Source of the DNA: a virus
Taxonomy: Duplodnaviria; Caudoviricetes
Strand: one strand, 5' to 3'
DNA length: 53,460 nt
Virus record (IMG/VR): IMGVR_UViG_3300032224_000722
Location: 1 to 53,460 of that record
Below the pieces are notes generated by a model that was not told the DNA's origin, did no database searches, and saw only the letters and a list, made by a program, of their open reading frames with translations. Positions 38,801 to 48,700 of the stretch are shown piece after piece (the first letter of the stretch is position 1; each line of letters starts with the position of its first letter). The position numbers and the translations under genes are program-made.

Positions 38801-41800
38801 TGGTAATTGTTACATTACCAGTTGCTGTGTTTACTGCGATGCCAGCACCTGCTACGTTGCTGAGTACACCAATGTTAGTAATTGTTAAATTTGCAACCGG
38901 ACCTGTAACAGTTCCGCCGCCACTTAATCCTGTTCCTGCTGTTAGGTTAACTGTGCTAATAACACGTATATTATTATCGTAAATTGCCGATGCACGGATT
39001 GTATCTGAAACAACAAAATTGCCACCTACACTTACGCCACCTGCAACTGTTAGAGCATTTGTAGCTGTATCTCCAATATAAACTGTACCGCTGTTTACAT
39101 ATAGAGCGTATGCTGTTCCGATACGAATGTTACTCGAGTTAGCTACTGGTGCGCCACCAATATACACAGTAGATGCTGTGCTGTATACAGTAGTATATTT
39201 GCTGTCAAATGTAGGAACGTCGATAAATGTCGCATTTAATGAAGTGTATGTGCCAAGACCGTCGAGATCGTAATATTTTGCACTTGGTAAGTTTAGACTT
39301 ACGCCGGCACCGTTCCAATTACTAGTTGCCCAATCACCTTCTCGAGCTAATGTACCGCCCAAATGTACACTCTTGGCAACGCCAAGACCGCCATAGGATA
39401 TCATCGCACCGCTTTGTGTGTTGTATGATTCAACTATTGAGTTTAATGTCAATGCTGTTGTGTTTAACAAGTTAGCAGGATCGCCAATCACTAATGGATA
39501 GTGAATAACGCCGCCATCAAATCCTGTCGGAGTCGCTGTAGTTAATACTTGGGCACCACCTGAATATAGTGTGCCGGCATTGATGTTTCCACCAACAATT
39601 AAGTTTTGTCCTATAGATACGCCGCCGTATACTACAAAAGCCGCAGAACTTGTGCTGGTCGCTGTTGTGCTGTTAGCTTGTATTAACGGATCACTAATAG
39701 TACCACCGTTAAAGTTTGCTAGTTGTGTTAATCCTGCGTCGGTGTAAATCTTGTGAGCGTAAATATCGCCGTTAAATCCAGCGCCGCCTGCAACGATCAA
39801 AGCTCCTGTTCCTGTTGATGTTGCACTTGTGCTTGCGTAAATTCTTACAGGTCCACCTAGGCTTGAATTTCCAACAACACCAAGGCCGCCTGTTACTGTA
39901 ACTGCACCTGTTGTCGGGCCGCTACTTGCAGTAGCACTACCGAATCCAACAATGCCACCAAAATATGAATCTCCAGCAACACCAATGCCGCCAGTTGAAA
40001 CTATTAACGCATGGTTAATTGTCTGAGTTGAGTTAGCACTGGCATTAGATAATGTAATTTTACCAGCAAGATATGAGTTACCTGCAATACCAACACCACC
40101 TAATACTTGTAGGTCGCCTGTATTGGTCGAAACTGAAACTGATCCGCCGACTAATCGTAATCCTCCAAATTGCGCTGTACCAAATGTACCTGTGCTTGCA
40201 AAGCTAGGAGCAAAGTTTTCGTAGCCGCCTGGATAAATGTTTACTTTGTATGCTAAGAACCCGGTGCTTGCATCGCGTCCTAAGAACGCATGATTGTCTG
40301 TTAATGTTGTGGCGCCGGTATTATAGTGTAATAATAATCCGCGATCTAATCCGTCATTAGTTGATAACGGAGTATTGTTAATTCCAGTACCAATGTCAAT
40401 TACAGGATCAATAACGTATGTATTTTGCGAGTCAACAATAGTTTGTGTACCTAACACAGTTAAGTTACCGCTCAATACTGTGTTGCCATATACACTTAAA
40501 TCTTTCTTAGTTGATAGACCACCTTCGATAAAGACTGCATTATTATAAAAATTGCTAGTATCGCTTGCTGTACTAGTTACGTGCAGACTTACAAACGTTG
40601 CAGTAAACGAATTACCAAATTGTAGTGCGCCACCAAGATTTAGGTTGCCGCCAATGAATACATCTTTACCAATTCCAACACCGCCAGTGACTACTAGGGC
40701 ACCAGTTGTTGTACTTGTTGATGTTTGTGTGCCTGATACAATAACTTGTTGTGCATTGATTGTACCTGCTGTTCCGCTAAATGTTAAGTTACCACCTAAT
40801 ACTAAATCTTTAGCGATGCCAACACCACCTGCTACAATAATTGCACCAGTAGTTGTTGATGTAGAATTAGTTATAGAACTTACGGCAAGTGTTGAAACAG
40901 ATAAGTCGCCACCGTTACCAGCAAAGTGTAATTGTCCGCCAATCCACACATCTCCGCCAATGCCAAGCCCGCCAGTAATAACTGCGGCTCCTGTTGTGGT
41001 GCTTGTAGAATTTGTGCTCGAAGTAACACCTAACGTAGAAACACGTAATTGATTACCTTGACCGCTGAATACTAATTGTCCGCCTAATACTAGGTCTTGT
41101 GCAATACCTACACCACCTGCAATAACAAGTGCGCCACTTGTTGTGCTTGTTGAGTTAGTTGTTGTTGTGAAGATTGAAGGACCAGTAACTGTTAAGTTAG
41201 TTGTAGTAATGCTACCTGCCGCAATACCGCCATTGGCTTGTCCGCCTGCACCACTTAATGTTAAATTACCACCAATTGTTAAATCTTTACCAATGCCCAC
41301 GCCACCAGTAACTACTACTGCACCAGTTGTTGTACTTGTCGAGTTAGTAGTCGATGCTACAAATATTTGTGTAGTTGCCTGTAAGTTAGTAAATGTCGCA
41401 GATCTTGGCCCTGTGTTACCAATGACCATATTATCGATAGTACCAGCATTACCTGCATTGATTACAACAGTACCTGTGCCAGTAGGTGCAATATTAACAT
41501 TGTTATTAACTGGATTCATTGTAACAGTACCAAGTACGCTAAATGCACCTGTGACTGTAAATGAGTTTACGTTAAAGTTTGTTGCTGTTAATAATGTAAA
41601 TTGACCTGTTCCTGGCTGTGTAACACCTATGTTTGTGTTCTCAATATTTTTATTGTAAATTGTTTGGGTGGTTAAGTCGTCAATGATCTCTAACCAATAC
41701 ACAGGGTCAACACCTAATGTATCAATCTTTCTAAATGATGTAAAGAAAAGTGTTCTAGTATATGTATCGCCAGCGATAACTGGAATAGCCGCGTGAGCCA

Positions 41801-42353
41801 TTTGTTGGCTTGTATTTCCGTCTGGTGATCTTATTAATGTAATTGCTGAACTAGCGGTAGTTGCTCCGATAATTGTAGATGTCTGTACATAATAGACACC
41901 ATTGTCTACTGGATTAGGCTGTGCTCTAACAACAATACGATCTAAATAAGTTAATTCAACACCGTCATAAACTACAGTACTTGTGCTTGTGTTTAAAGTA
42001 ATAGGACCAGTTGTTGCGGCCTTTGCTTCTGTTTTAAATCCGTTACCAATAATACCTTGAGGAATATTAACAGGACCGTTAAGTGTGATAGTACCAGTAC
42101 CACTTGGGTTTAGTGTTAAATTTCCGTCTGTTGTTTGACTTGTGATTGTTCCTGAATTAAAACCAATATTGCCTAAACTACTTGTAAATGTTGCAACGCC
42201 ATTTGCCCCTACTACAATCGTGTAACCTGTTGTTAGACTAGGAGTTGCACCCAAAGCGGCTTGCGCCTGGCTTAGTGTGATAAACTGATATCTTAATGGA
42301 GATAAACTACCACTTTTGGTTGTAGCTTTTGATCCGCTTAGTAGTGCTGGCAT
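35808..42353 (-). CDS. Large repetitive fibre/virion protein (2181 aa)
   Basis: Same TGALxVxGG repeats plus GVxSxxAGxGI repeats; N-terminal AATT..ITL...DGV.L...DRIVV..Q....NGVY fibre module; C-terminal LDSF...YQSAKYFVQV...SEL.V.HDG....TEYG domain. Confidence 0.85.
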   Translation of the reverse strand: MPALLSGSKATTKSGSLSPLRYQFITLSQAQAALGATPSLTTGYTIVVGANGVATFTSSLGNIGFNSGTITSQTTDGNLTLNPSGTGTITLNGPVNIPQGIIGNGFKTEAKAATTGPITLNTSTSTVVYDGVELTYLDRIVVRAQPNPVDNGVYYVQTSTIIGATTASSAITLIRSPDGNTSQQMAHAAIPVIAGDTYTRTLFFTSFRKIDTLGVDPVYWLEIIDDLTTQTIYNKNIENTNIGVTQPGTGQFTLLTATNFNVNSFTVTGAFSVLGTVTMNPVNNNVNIAPTGTGTVVINAGNAGTIDNMVIGNTGPRSATFTNLQATTQIFVASTTNSTSTTTGAVVVTGGVGIGKDLTIGGNLTLSGAGGQANGGIAAGSITTTNLTVTGPSIFTTTTNSTSTTSGALVIAGGVGIAQDLVLGGQLVFSGQGNQLRVSTLGVTSSTNSTSTTTGAAVITGGLGIGGDVWIGGQLHFAGNGGDLSVSTLAVSSITNSTSTTTGAIIVAGGVGIAKDLVLGGNLTFSGTAGTINAQQVIVSGTQTSTSTTTGALVVTGGVGIGKDVFIGGNLNLGGALQFGNSFTATFVSLHVTSTASDTSNFYNNAVFIEGGLSTKKDLSVYGNTVLSGNLTVLGTQTIVDSQNTYVIDPVIDIGTGINNTPLSTNDGLDRGLLLHYNTGATTLTDNHAFLGRDASTGFLAYKVNIYPGGYENFAPSFASTGTFGTAQFGGLRLVGGSVSVSTNTGDLQVLGGVGIAGNSYLAGKITLSNASANSTQTINHALIVSTGGIGVAGDSYFGGIVGFGSATASSGPTTGAVTVTGGLGVVGNSSLGGPVRIYASTSATSTGTGALIVAGGAGFNGDIYAHKIYTDAGLTQLANFNGGTISDPLIQANSTTATSTSSAAFVVYGGVSIGQNLIVGGNINAGTLYSGGAQVLTTATPTGFDGGVIHYPLVIGDPANLLNTTALTLNSIVESYNTQSGAMISYGGLGVAKSVHLGGTLAREGDWATSNWNGAGVSLNLPSAKYYDLDGLGTYTSLNATFIDVPTFDSKYTTVYSTASTVYIGGAPVANSSNIRIGTAYALYVNSGTVYIGDTATNALTVAGGVSVGGNFVVSDTIRASAIYDNNIRVISTVNLTAGTGLSGGGTVTGPVANLTITNIGVLSNVAGAGIAVNTATGNVTITNTGVLSARSGTGINISNTTGNVTISNVGVTDVTAGSGINLTANTGSVAIASVDTLQLVTARGAVTDKAITLTATGTALNVYNTATIGGSLTVGSSATVGTLFAGTSTVGNLTVGGIALITGNLIVQGQQTIINSTQVTIDDPVIDVGTGINNAPLTTDDGFDKGVLVHYNTGATVAADAHAFIGMEHLTRKFTFRTNIWPGGVTDVPNPFSSTGTIGGALFSDVHLLGGVASTSPTTGDLQVAGGIGVGGNSTLAGQVTFTNPTNTISTQTGAVQIQGGLGINKDVYIGGSLILNGFLISTASNFNGGIVYKDIVSNSLTPSTSTTTGAIVITGPGGLGVGGDINAGGAINASAFLQNGVPLSTNISLALGPGLSGGTRTTASGVTIALTNTGLTNLASGTGIQLSTTTGALVTITNIGVQSITVGVGIGAIGTIPGASTSTGSVRLVNLGVTSATAGTGINVDQSTGSITISNVGVTDITAVGSGITLSTSTGSLFIANAGVTALTAGTDTYVSAATGAVTVWSYATLQSVTDHGNVTTNAVTINNNTTSTNATNGALVVGGGAGIGQNLFVGGNATVIGSLNATTAVIADYTFTGSSITALANDGALFNVPGNAGSITLQAATVNLTAANTATVSAPSAVITGVTQFTNATTATSTTTGAVKIAGGVSIANNLYVQGTVLAAGGYLGLNPDKIFASTSSVTVVDTGTAVQQVYVSVAGTTSTQFFKNSVNVNVPLNTGNIVSTGTITRSGTVIRGAWGQQGVGIAVLDATYQDTNSQGVVGSAHVNVFGQPTLSATSGQATTYNDVATVYIKNSPTAGNGFTNITRPWALYVNNGKVYVGDNSVSNGPTTGALVVTGGVGIGGDLNIEGNGDINGNYLNIGNSEIYTYTSPTVSAQAQLSLDSFGIANYQSAKYFVQVVDVTPGGQPNKLYVSELIVFHDGLTSCYITEYGMASNTGDLGSFDAQLNGAVVTLTFTPNYTPTALTVKVHRTSLSR

Positions 42354-42368
42354 TTTTAATTCCTAAAA

Positions 42369-42776
42369 TTATTGGTTAGCTGTTTCTAATACGCTTAATG
42401 TTAATTTGCAGTAAGTCGGCGAATCTGAATAGCATACAATACTGTCTAACTGTTCGATAATCATTTTACCTGGTATCATATTTGCAGAGTCGTTTGGTGG
42501 AATCTGAAACGCACTTACCATCTCTGTAGTTACGTTACCTGATTGACCACCGTTGCCCTGGGCGTCTGGCAGTACAGGAAGATTTCGATAATGGGCAAAT
42601 GTTACGGCGTGTACACCTTGTGCCACCGTTGAAGTAGTATATACATCAACGTTTGCAACGTTTGCCATTAGTATAATAGCCGTTGTTCCCACTGGTGCTG
42701 TATACACCCTTGCGTTTGTTGCTGTTGTTAAGATTACTGTTTTAGTCTTAAACGTGTTTAATGGAATTAGTGCCAT
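42369..42776 (-). CDS. Small hypothetical beta-rich virion protein
   Basis: 135 aa with an AAGGA RBS, co-directional between two giant structural genes. Confidence 0.75.
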   Translation of the reverse strand: MALIPLNTFKTKTVILTTATNARVYTAPVGTTAIILMANVANVDVYTTSTVAQGVHAVTFAHYRNLPVLPDAQGNGGQSGNVTTEMVSAFQIPPNDSANMIPGKMIIEQLDSIVCYSDSPTYCKLTLSVLETANQ

Positions 42777-42788
42777 TTTATATTATCC

Positions 42789-45700
42789 TTATAGTCCTTC
42801 AATTGCCAACACGAACGGTGTCAAGTTAGCGAATAGCGATTTAGTAAATGTTCTTCCTGATAGTACACCAGTTGCCTGGCTAATTACCAATCCTGGGCCA
42901 ATACGGAAGTCACCGTTTTGGTCAGTTGATGTAAAGAACACCTTACCATTATTTAATTGAACAGTTTCATGTGCCTGTATTGGATCGGCACGACCTACAT
43001 ACGGTAATGCACCATAGTTAGAACCTGCGCCAACGTACTCAAACAAGTAACCAGAAGCCGACATGTACGAACGTCTGTAGAAGTTAATTCTATTCTTGTC
43101 TGGGAATAGTGTTGCATCTGCCACGTTATCTTCAATCGTCACAAAGTGATGTGTACCTGCACGAGCAAAATAGCTCTGTCCTGCTAGTACTGTTTGATAA
43201 TTTCCGCCGTTTGCTAAGTCTGTAGCAATAGCATCAATAATCAATCCAACGTCACGTTTACACAATGCTTGATTATACTCAAACCCGTTATACTTTGCAT
43301 CAATGTAATTTAATGTACTAGTGATCAATGTGCTTGAATTTGCAACAATAATTGATTTAACTGGACTTACGTTTGAATCATACGCAGGAGCAGTTGGGTA
43401 TATAATTGTCGGAGCACCTGAGAAACCTTGTGCAATAATTTTAGTAATGATTCCAGTTAGGCTAGTTAATGTTGGTATAGCATTAGCGCCACCTAATAAA
43501 CTAGGATTAATATATTGAGCTGTTGTACTTTGATAATAACGAGTTGGAGTTGTATTTGTTACAATGTAACTAAACAATGTATTAACAAAGTTAAAGGCGC
43601 CAACTGTTTGATCTATCTCATTCGGAATCAAGCTCTCAGAACCAACAGTTTTAGCTCTCCAATATAGTGTTCCGGCATCGACTGACTGCCAATTGCCGCC
43701 GTACATTAAATCGTATAACATGGCTTCAACAACAAACTGTGTATCTCTCTTACATTTTGCTTTGTTGTATGTAAACACAGCATAGTTTTGATTGATCCAA
43801 GTAATTGTTTCGCTAGCAAGGGTATACTTGCTAGATTCAATTGCCGTAGCGGCAGTTGATGCATAGCCTGGCGAAGTAATTGTAATGTCTTGTATCAACG
43901 GAGTAGCTGTAACGCCATTTTGAACAATGTTGCTCATGTCTGTTACTAGGGTCGATATAGCGGTTGCCGCATTTGAACCCAATGTCAATCCAGCATTGAT
44001 ATACTGAGTAGCAGTTGTATAGCTTGTTGTTGGAGCAAGATTTCTAATAACCTTCTGAGCAACAGTATTAATGTAATTAATAGCAGATGTAACTTGTGGT
44101 CTCTGATTTGGAATAGTACTGACATTATTATTTGCACTATCAAAATATTGCAGGGCCGCATCTACACTCATAGCATTGCCACCATAGGTAATATCGTAAA
44201 TTAGCGCCTGTGTAAGGAAACCAAAATCTCTAAAATAGTTAGCTCTGTTATAAACGAAAGTGCTAGGATACAATTGATCAATATAAGCATTAGTTTGTGC
44301 TTGTATAAATGTTCTATTGGCTTCTATAATCTTAGCAGAATTAACTGCATTGGCATCTCCTTGGGTAAATCCTATAAAGGCAGGTGCCGCCGCAACAGTT
44401 GGGCTATTTGTGATTATGTTGACTATGTTACTGACTAGCTGTGTTGCTGTTGTTCCATTAGCCACTGTACCTAATGCTAGATTAGTTGTCTGTGTAACTG
44501 TATTTTGATAGGTAGTTACGGCAATGCCCTGGACAATACTAGGCAATATAGAACTGATATAATTAATCGCCGCAATAGTTTGTGAGCTTTCATTTGGAAT
44601 TGTGCTAGATGTAGTAGAGAACTTATAGTAATAAGCGCCAGTTTGTACAGCTTGTCGATTTCCGCCATATAAAAGATCAAATGCAACACTATCAATCTTG
44701 ATGCCTATATCACTTAAAAATGTTGCACCGTTGTATGTATAACCCGCAGTTTTTGTAGAGTCAACGTATGCCTTAGCTTCTGCTTGTAAGTATGCTTTGT
44801 TAGCTTCTAATAGAGCGTAAGCGTATTGGACATTTGTATCGGCACTTGATGTTGTTCCGTTTGGAACAATAGTGTCTAATACTGCTGAGGTACCGTTTGT
44901 AAGAATGTTAGTAATTACAGCAAACTCTGTTGCAATAGTTGATGTTGTTCCAGCTGATGCCGCAGGCAAGTTTGTAACTTGTGTTACGGTTGACTGATAA
45001 CGAATACCAGTGGTATCATTCAAAATAACTTTTTGTGCTAGACTTGAAACAAAGTTAATTGCGTTTGTTACAGTTGTTAACTCATTAGCAATGGTACCAG
45101 TGTAACCGTTAGTGTTCCAATACTCTAATCCAGAGAATGTAGTTTGACTTGTACTATTATGCAATAGGTCTTGAGCAACTGCATCTACGATAAGTCCTGT
45201 ATTACGATACCAGTTAGATTTGTTATAAGTAAAGCCACCAAATGTACTGTGAACATATCCTTCAACTTCTGCTTGAATAAATGATAGATTTCCTTGTAAC
45301 AATTGGCTCGCACTTGCATAACCAGAGTCTATGCCACTTGGCAATGGGTAAATTACTGTAGGACTTGCACTTAGACCATTTTGTAAAATATTGTTTATAA
45401 TTGTAATGTCATTAATAACTTTAGTAGTTGCAGTTGAGCTTGCGGCCACTTTTGGTAATTCTTCTATCTTGCTAGCAAGATGACTGAATGCTCCAATTGT
45501 TTCACTAAGTTCGTTTGCAATAACACCAGTTGCATTGCTTCGATAGTATGCTTGTCCTGCTTTAACAGCACGATAAGTTGAGCCTGTTAAAATATCTGCT
45601 GACACCGCATCTATTACATATCCAATGTCTCGAGTACATTTTGCTTGATCATATGTAAATGTTGGGTATGTATTATCAATCCATGCTACGGTTTCTTCAC

Positions 45701-48700
45701 GAATGAAGTTTATATTTCGCAAGATTAATTGTTTAGCACTACTAATTCCATTATCAATTCCTGGATAATCAGGTAGTACTAATGTAGCTTGTGCATCAGT
45801 GCCATTATTAATAATATTTTGAATCTGTGTTGCACCATTTGTTATATTAGAAATAGCTGAGCCAACACTACTAATACCTGATAAGTTTGTTACCAAGGAT
45901 GCGATATGAGATATTGCATCATTAGTTTGTGTTTTTTCGTTAGCTAGTGTGTATATACTACCTGGAACATTTCTTTGATATGCATTTCCGCATTTACGAG
46001 CTTGATAGTTACTTTGATAAGTTACATCATATTCAAAACCTAACAATATGTATCCTAGATCGCGAGCACATGTTTTGTGATCATATACAAAGTATTGATT
46101 GTTGATATAAGCCAGTGTTTCTGCTTGGAAGAACTCTTTATTTTGTAATAGCAACGATGCCGCACTTTCTGCGCCAGCTACAGGATTACCTGTACGAGTA
46201 GTTGTTTTTGGTGCAGAATCTAATCCGTTAACAATAATACTAGATAATGTATCAAACAATGTATTCATTGCCGGTATTGCAGATGCGCCACCAGTCAATG
46301 CTAATTGAGTTACCTGCGTTGTAGTATTTTGTAACGCAGTTGATAGTGTGTTTACAATAACTTTATCTGCTAAGTTAGCAATAAAAGAAATTGCCTGTAC
46401 TTCTTCAGTAGTTTGATCATTGCCCGTTGCGCTACCGTTTGCACTAATAAACGATGTGCCCGGAACAATTGGATCTGGTGCGCTTACAGAACTTAGAACT
46501 GTGTAATAGGCATTACCCGCTACATAGATTGTAAAGTATGTTGGATTATTTTCGTCGCCGCCACCTGTTTGTAGTGCTCTGCTTAGAGTAACACTTTGGA
46601 AGCCAACGTCAGCAACTACTGTACCTGTGGCGCAATAGTATGTTCCATCGATGTCGGTATAGTTACCAAACTGATCACGAATGTAAACACTTTGTCCAAT
46701 GGCAATACCGGTATTATCAATACCATTAATTGTAACAGTACCGGTTGAGATAGTTGAAGTATTAGGATTAGCTTGTAAGAATCCTGGCAATCCTTGATTG
46801 TTTATGTACCCTTCGGGGGCAATAACTTCCATGATCTGGCCAATGTGCGGACGATCATTAGGATCAGGACAATATACCTGTACGACCTGTTGACTTGGAT
46901 ATACACCGTTTGGATAGTATGGTAACTGTGGTGGGTTATACACTTCACCGAAGAAGTCTAATCGACCAAATCCTTTACTTACTAGACAGTAGTCACCAAA
47001 GTTGGCGTTAGAGTTAGTAATAGAACAAATACCACCGTTGTCAGTAATAACTGATGTTCCGCAGAAAATTGTAAACACAGAAACTAACTGTGCATATCCG
47101 TTGTTAGTAATCTTGATACCAACACCGCCTTGGTTAACTTGTGTATACGCATCGTAAACAAACGATTGAATCGGTGAGCGATCGCTGATCACAGCACCGT
47201 CTACAAGACTACCACCCATTGAGCCAAACGGATCAATTTGACGTTGAGCCCACTCATCTGGAATATCTTTATTTTGTGTTGGATAAACAGAAGTCTGACC
47301 AAAATACATTGTATAATTTGTACCAGATCCGACTGTATTCTGTGTTAGTCCAACAGTATATGTTCCATCTAAATTTTCTTCGATACTTGCAACGAATGGA
47401 GCAATATTCACATTATCGATTACTGGATCAAAACGTACAGGGAAGAAGCCCGATCCGTCGTATCCTTCTGGAGCCGCACTTGGTCCGTTTATTATAATAT
47501 TATTCATCATAGCTACTAGACTACTAATGCGCGGAACTGCATACTCGCCGCCTGTATAGTATGTGTTAATGATTTGATCAGCGTATGAGAATGCGTTAGT
47601 CAGTGTAGTATTTGATACTACTTTGCTAGCCACTGTTGCCAAATAGTTATAAGCCGCAGTAGTTTGTGTGATTTCACCTTGGATAACACTTACTGCACCG
47701 ACCCAGTATGTAACTGCGGCTTCGATTGACTTATGATTACCACCTAATAGGATGTCTTGACTAATTGCATCAAGTACTAGTCCAGTATCTCTGTAGCAAA
47801 GTTCTTGATCATAATTAAATCCGGTACTGTTATAGGTATAGTCTACCCATGCTACCATTTCTGCTTGCAAGAATGCACGATTGGCTTCTAAGATATTAAA
47901 TGCTCGTTGTACATTGATGTTTGCTGATTTTGTTAAGCTGATACTATTTGGAACTCCAGCAATACTTGGTCCGGTTGAAATAATTCCGGTAATGTTAGCA
48001 AAAATATTTTGTATCTGTGTTACTTCTGCTACACTAGCTACAGGTAATCCTGTTACTGGTAATGATTTATTTCCAGATGTCGGAGTTACTAGTTGACCTC
48101 TAATTAGTAGTTCAGCTACATCTCTAATATGATTGAATGCCGCTACGGTTTGTGGACCTTGATTTGGAATTTGTGTTGCGCCACCAGTGTATGAATAATA
48201 ATACACACCTGATTGAACTGCTTGTCTATTTCCGCCGTGTAATAGGTCAAATGCTACACTATCAACCATATAGCCTGCATCACGGAAACATTTATTTTTG
48301 TCGTATGTAAATCCAGCAGTTTTGTTAGCTTCAACCCATGATACTGTTTCTGCTTGTAAATATTGTCTATTTGCAACTAGTAAAGCATAGGCGTTGTTCT
48401 TGGTAATATCAGTTACTGCGGCTCCGTTAGGAATAATTCCGTCAGTGATAGGACGACCATTAACTGTGTAACTATTAATTACTTCTGTAATAATATCAAA
48501 GTCACCACCAATTTCTGCAACTTCAGCTTGTGTAGCAGGTGCTCCCAAGATTGTTGTCTGGGTGATGTTGTTTTGATAGCGAGCGCCAGTTGTGTCGTTT
48601 AATATAACTTTTTGTGCTAGGCTCTTTAAGTAGCTAACTGCACTAGTTGTGGTAGATAGCTCGCCACTAATTGTACCTGTGTAACCATTTTGACTCCAGT

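Noticed and set aside
17697-42353. Diversity-generating retroelement or invertible fibre cassette
   Set aside because: No reverse transcriptase or invertase, and no near-identical DNA repeat pair differing at adenines was noticed. The repeats are divergent, protein-level ones.
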